Part shown: in pieces, positions 59,881 through 64,000 of the stretch | How positions within the stretch are numbered: position 1 is the first letter of the stretch | How the letters are laid out: every line of letters starts with the position of its first letter | From: Callorhinchus milii | Taxonomy: Eukaryota | Length of the DNA stretch: 64,000 nt | Direction: 5' to 3' | NCBI RefSeq assembly: GCF_018977255.1 | Contig: NW_024704744.1 | Span: forward strand, 73,346,001-73,410,000 | Notes under the pieces: model-generated | What the model was told of the DNA's origin: nothing | The model's input: only the letters and a program-made list of their open reading frames with translations | Databases searched by the model: none | Translations under genes and position numbers: made by a program

Positions 59881-60734
59881 TTTCATCTATGCCTCCAGTA
59901 CATCTATCGCAAGTCTGCGACGCAGTTGCAAAAAGCGGCATTGAATAGTAGAGGTGTGGAAGCAAGTCACTGATATAGTACATAGTAAAGCATTACATGA
60001 AGAACAAGAGGAACATACCAATATATGAAAATGGGTTTGTGTATATCATAGTACATTTTAAACTATATATTCTAATAGATTATAAACTGCTTGAAATAAA
60101 TAAAATAAATGCTAAGTGAATGCTCAGGAGGACTGAAAGAATGTTCAATAATATTGTATTATTATATTGTATTTACCTACAAAATACAGACACTGCACTT
60201 TACAGTGTATCCTGTGAAGCAATTTGAGACGTCTTCATGATGTGAAAGGTGCTATATAAAACGTAAGCATTATTATAATAATCCCTTAACATCTTTCCCC
60301 CTCCCTCTCTGCTTTCAAATCTTTATGGTTGTTGGTGCGATTTGCTCTGCATAAATTAGCAGATACAGCTGCCCACAAAATATACAGTCACTGTGGATTA
60401 TAGGATATACTGTGAAGAGCTTTTCATATCCGAATATGAAAGGTGCCACGTCAAATGTAAAGATTGTTATTATTATTTAAACCTATCTAAAGACCTATGT
60501 CTTTCACTGCACCTTAAGCGACCTCCTTCCTATGCCAACCACCCCACCCTTATCTCTCTCCTAGCGCAGGCTTCTTTCTACTCAGTCTTTGCAAAGAGTT
60601 TTAATACATTGTCCCCACATGAAAGGCAATTTTTTGTTGTTATTTTATAAATTAAAAGAATATTGGTGATCCATTATGAATCCAACAATCTGCACTGATA
60701 GTTTTCAGTCCAGTGTGATAAATAGCCACACAAC

Positions 60735-60812
60735 TCAGGATCTGTGCTGAGCTAGCTGACCTCACCTGTGCCTGTAGCACGTCTATGCAGCAATTGGCCT
60801 CAGCACCCACGG
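60735..60812 (+). mobile_element. AmnSINE2-like fragment
   Basis: TCTGTGCTGAGCTAGCTGACCTCA..CAATTGGCCTCAGCACCC. Confidence 0.55.
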
Positions 60813-61299
60813 GAATGTCTGGTCAGTAATGTGTAAAACAACTCCTGCATTCCAGCCACGATTGTCATTGTTTCTAGTGGTATTTTACTTGTCGTCAACA
60901 TAATAAATCTCCACTAAACTAAAGCCCTCCACAAGAAAGAGAAAACAAATTGAGTTGACATTCCAAGGCTTATATCAGTGACCAGAATATATATGTGTCT
61001 TTAGCACTTAACAAATTGTCTACTTAAAGGAAGACAAAATATGCATTTCCATTAGTAATAATGATGCCAGAACTCAATGGAAGAAAAGCAACTTATGTAC
61101 ATATGGAAGAGTGGCTCATCCAAGAATCTGGAAAAGAATGGCACATGAGTAGTATCTAAATCCACCAAGCAATCCAACTGTCTTTTTCCTCCACAATTTC
61201 AGCTCTTGGTCTCCAGCCTATTCTTGCCAGGGTGAGGTTCCACTGGAGCTGACCGCCCTGTAGCACTTCACCCAAGTGAATGTTGTTTATGTGTGTGCC

Positions 61300-61475
61300 T
61301 TGACAGTGAATGTCAGCAGGCCAATCGAGTGTGGAGCATGTCACAACCAAGCCTGACCTCTCCCCTCCCCAGTGCCACATGCGCACATAACTAACAGAGA
61401 GTGTTGTAGGGAGCCCAGGAGCCGGAACCCTGACTGGCTTTGCCCTCCCTATCCCTTGGAAGGCCGTACGTGGCT
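61300..61475 (-). mobile_element. AmnSINE2-like fragment
   Basis: Minus strand AGGGATAGGGAGGGCAAAGCCAGTCAGGGTTCCGGCTCCTG..CAGGCTTGGTTGTGA. Confidence 0.55.
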
Positions 61476-62090
61476 AATTTGACGTCCCATCAGTGGGATT
61501 AATAATAATCCTTGCATTTGATATGGCACCACATCATGTCATCGAGATGTCTCAAAGCACATAACTACAATTGTGCAAGTGATGCAGCCCTTAAGCACGA
61601 GCCCTCGAATGTGACTGCACCACTTACATCTGAGGGTCAAGATAATTAAATATGACTCGTTTTTGTCAGCAAGAAAGAAAAATACTTTATATTATTTTAT
61701 GCAAAACATTTTTTGCAAAGCATCAATCTAATACAAGTAAAATAAATGAAATCCTATCATTTGTTGAATTGGATTGACAGCTATGTAACATTTCTAACTG
61801 CTGTAAAACTGTAATAGTACGAAATACTTTGATAAGAATGGTTATGCAATTACTGTCACTATTAGTTACTGTATGTACTTTGTCACACCTGAATCTAAAC
61901 CCCAACCACCTACTGAAGAACTATCAGTAAAGCTTGTTTTTTCCCCCCAACACCAGCAGAGCTCCAATAGAGTTAACAGTACAATACAATTTACATAGCA
62001 CCTTTCACAGTGGGAGAATATTTAAAAATGCTTCAACGAACAGCATACCTATATGAAAAAATCATAGGTATGATTTGATATGAGTGATAT

Positions 62091-62792
62091 GAGTCCTGTA
62101 ACGTAGTGTTTAGAGCACTTAATAATAATAATAATCTTTGCATTTGATATAGTGCTTTTCACGTCTTCTAGACGTCCCAAAGCGCTTCACAGACTATATT
62201 GTAAAGTGAATTGACTGTATATTTGTGGGCGAACGCAGCAGCCAATTGCGCACAGCAATGTCCCACAAACAGTCGTGGATTGAAAATGACCAATTTATTA
62301 TTGTTTTTGTTTTTTGGAGGGATTATTATTAGGCGTGTGGAGTAAGGAAACTTGCCCAAGGTTTCGCCCTGCCTGGAATTGAACTCAGGTCTCTCACTTG
62401 CAAAGCGAGTGCTCTAACCACTGAGCTACAGGATTCCACTTGCCTTACAAGTGAGAGGGCCTGGGTTTGATTCCCGGGCAAGGTGAAACCTTAGGCAAGT
62501 TTCCTTACTCTGCATGTTTCTGTTTACCAAGTAGGAACATAGGAACACGGTTGTTAGTCGATTGGCAGATCACCCTCCAGGGGTAATAATCCCTCCAAAA
62601 TCAATAATAATAAATCGGTCACTCAATTCATGACTGTTTCTGGGTCCCTGCCGTGCACAAATGTCTGCCGCGTTTTGCTCACAAAATATACAGTCACTAC
62701 ACTTTAGAGTCTGTTCTGTGAAGTGCTTTGAGATGTCTCAATGACGTGATAAGACGCTGTATCAAATGTAAGGATTACAAGGATGATTATAA
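62091..62792 (+). mobile_element. Long-subfamily CORE/Deu SINE whose tRNA head is split by an antisense young SINE
   Basis: GAGTCCTGTAACGTAGTGTTTAGAGCACTT | insert | CACTTGCCTTACAAGTGAGAG..GGCAAGTTTCCTTACTC..tail. Confidence 0.85.
62121..62436 (-). mobile_element. Young short-subfamily CORE/Deu SINE with CACTT target-site duplication
   Basis: Near-identical to 11452-11780 over head and body; CACTT at 62116-62120 and 62437-62441. Confidence 0.95.
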
Positions 62793-63536
62793 TGGTTCAA
62801 ATGCAGATTTTCACTTCTAAAAATTAAAAGGCTTGCTATGCTTCTCAACAAATGATAATAACATGTTGTTTTGCTATCCCAGGCTCACTAATGTACAGCT
62901 GTGCCAGCTCTGAAACAGCCAGCACCAAATTCTATTTAGCTATATCACAGCCTCAGCACAATTTCCCTGGCAAAACGTGAATTGAGTTAGAGTTTAAATG
63001 GTATAATCTGCAATAAGGTTAGGGTAATCATCCAATTTAACTTATTAATTATACATTTGATATAGCCCCTTGTCACATTGTCAAAATATTTCAGAGGATT
63101 TTGCCATGAAGTGTAGTAACTGTATTTGCAGGCACCTATCGCACTAAAACATCTAAAAACTCTTCACAGGGAATTGTTTTAAAGTGTATTGATTACGTAT
63201 TTGCCAATTTGCATACAGTAAGGTTCCATAAACAACCATGAAGCGGATAATCAATTTTTCTGGAAGATTGTTGGCTCAGACACCGAGAGAAAATCTCTTT
63301 TCTTTTCAAACAGTGCCACTGTGTCTTTCGGATCCACGTGAACAGGCAGAACATGACCTAGGTTTACAACAACAACTTGCCTTTATATAGAGACCTTCAT
63401 GCAGGGTAGCGTCCCAGAGCGTTTTTTAACTTATGGTCTCGTCGAAAGAATGTGAAAAAAACGAAAAAAGAGGAGATGCCTCTGATGCTGCAGTGCTTCC
63501 CTAGCACTGAGCTGGAGTGTCAGCCTAGAGCTCCCA

Positions 63537-63862
63537 AATAATAATAATAGTAATCCTTGGATTGATATAGAGCCTTATCACATCTTTGAGACGTCTCAAA
63601 GCGCTTCACGGAATGTTACTGTAAAGTGAATTGCGCATAGCAGTGTCCCACAAACAGTCAGGGATTGAGTGACCAAATTATTATTTTAAAAAAAGAAAGA
63701 TATTTACCACCAGAAAAGCGATCCGCCAATCGACTAACAACTGGGTTCCTACTTAACCCTCTGTAAACAGAAGCGTGTGGATTAAGGAAACTTGCCCGGG
63801 AATCGAACAGAGGTCCTCTTGCTTACGAAATGAGTGCTCTGACCAAAATGCTACAGGACTCT
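63537..63862 (-). mobile_element. CORE/Deu SINE, long subfamily, nested in an older Deu-SINE (~63045-63530, ~63900-63940)
   Basis: (TAA)n tail to GCTACAGGACTC head; host SINE resumes GCTTGAACCCACAACTTTCTGAC. Confidence 0.8.
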
Positions 63863-64000
63863 CCAAAACATGCTACAATACGCTACAGGACTCCTAAAGT
63901 GAAGCTTGAACCCACAACTTTCTGACCCAAGCTGACACGTTATATATTTTATAAATGTTTTCTTTAAGTGCCGATATTACTGCAGCATAATTTTTCAGAA

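Overview
This is AT-rich vertebrate non-coding DNA (intronic or intergenic). The repeat content points to a cartilaginous fish, possibly a holocephalan such as elephant shark (inference): LINE-2 fragments with (TTG)n tails, tRNA-headed Deu-domain SINEs with L2 tails, CR1 3' ends, Penelope-type terminal repeats and AmnSINE2/LF-SINE-like relics. I recognise no host protein-coding exon. The only protein-like ORFs are decayed L2/CR1 ORF2 pieces. The main observations are: (1) a Lep1-like (CTGT)n non-autonomous Helitron with intact TC...CTAG ends, plus a deleted sister copy; (2) several locally templated inverted duplications and templated fillers at SINE junctions; (3) a repeat-free, CpG-richer block at 1.5-2.3 kb with a homotypic TCATTTATT array and a perfect DR2 element, with a second perfect DR2 at 20.5 kb; (4) an unclassified ~600-bp dispersed repeat with a covarying RNA stem and a partial hammerhead-like core; (5) a chimeric CORE/Deu SINE with a young deletion subfamily. 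Repeat boundaries were read by eye (about +/-10-30 bp unless exact junctions are quoted). Family names come from recalled consensus motifs, not from database searches.
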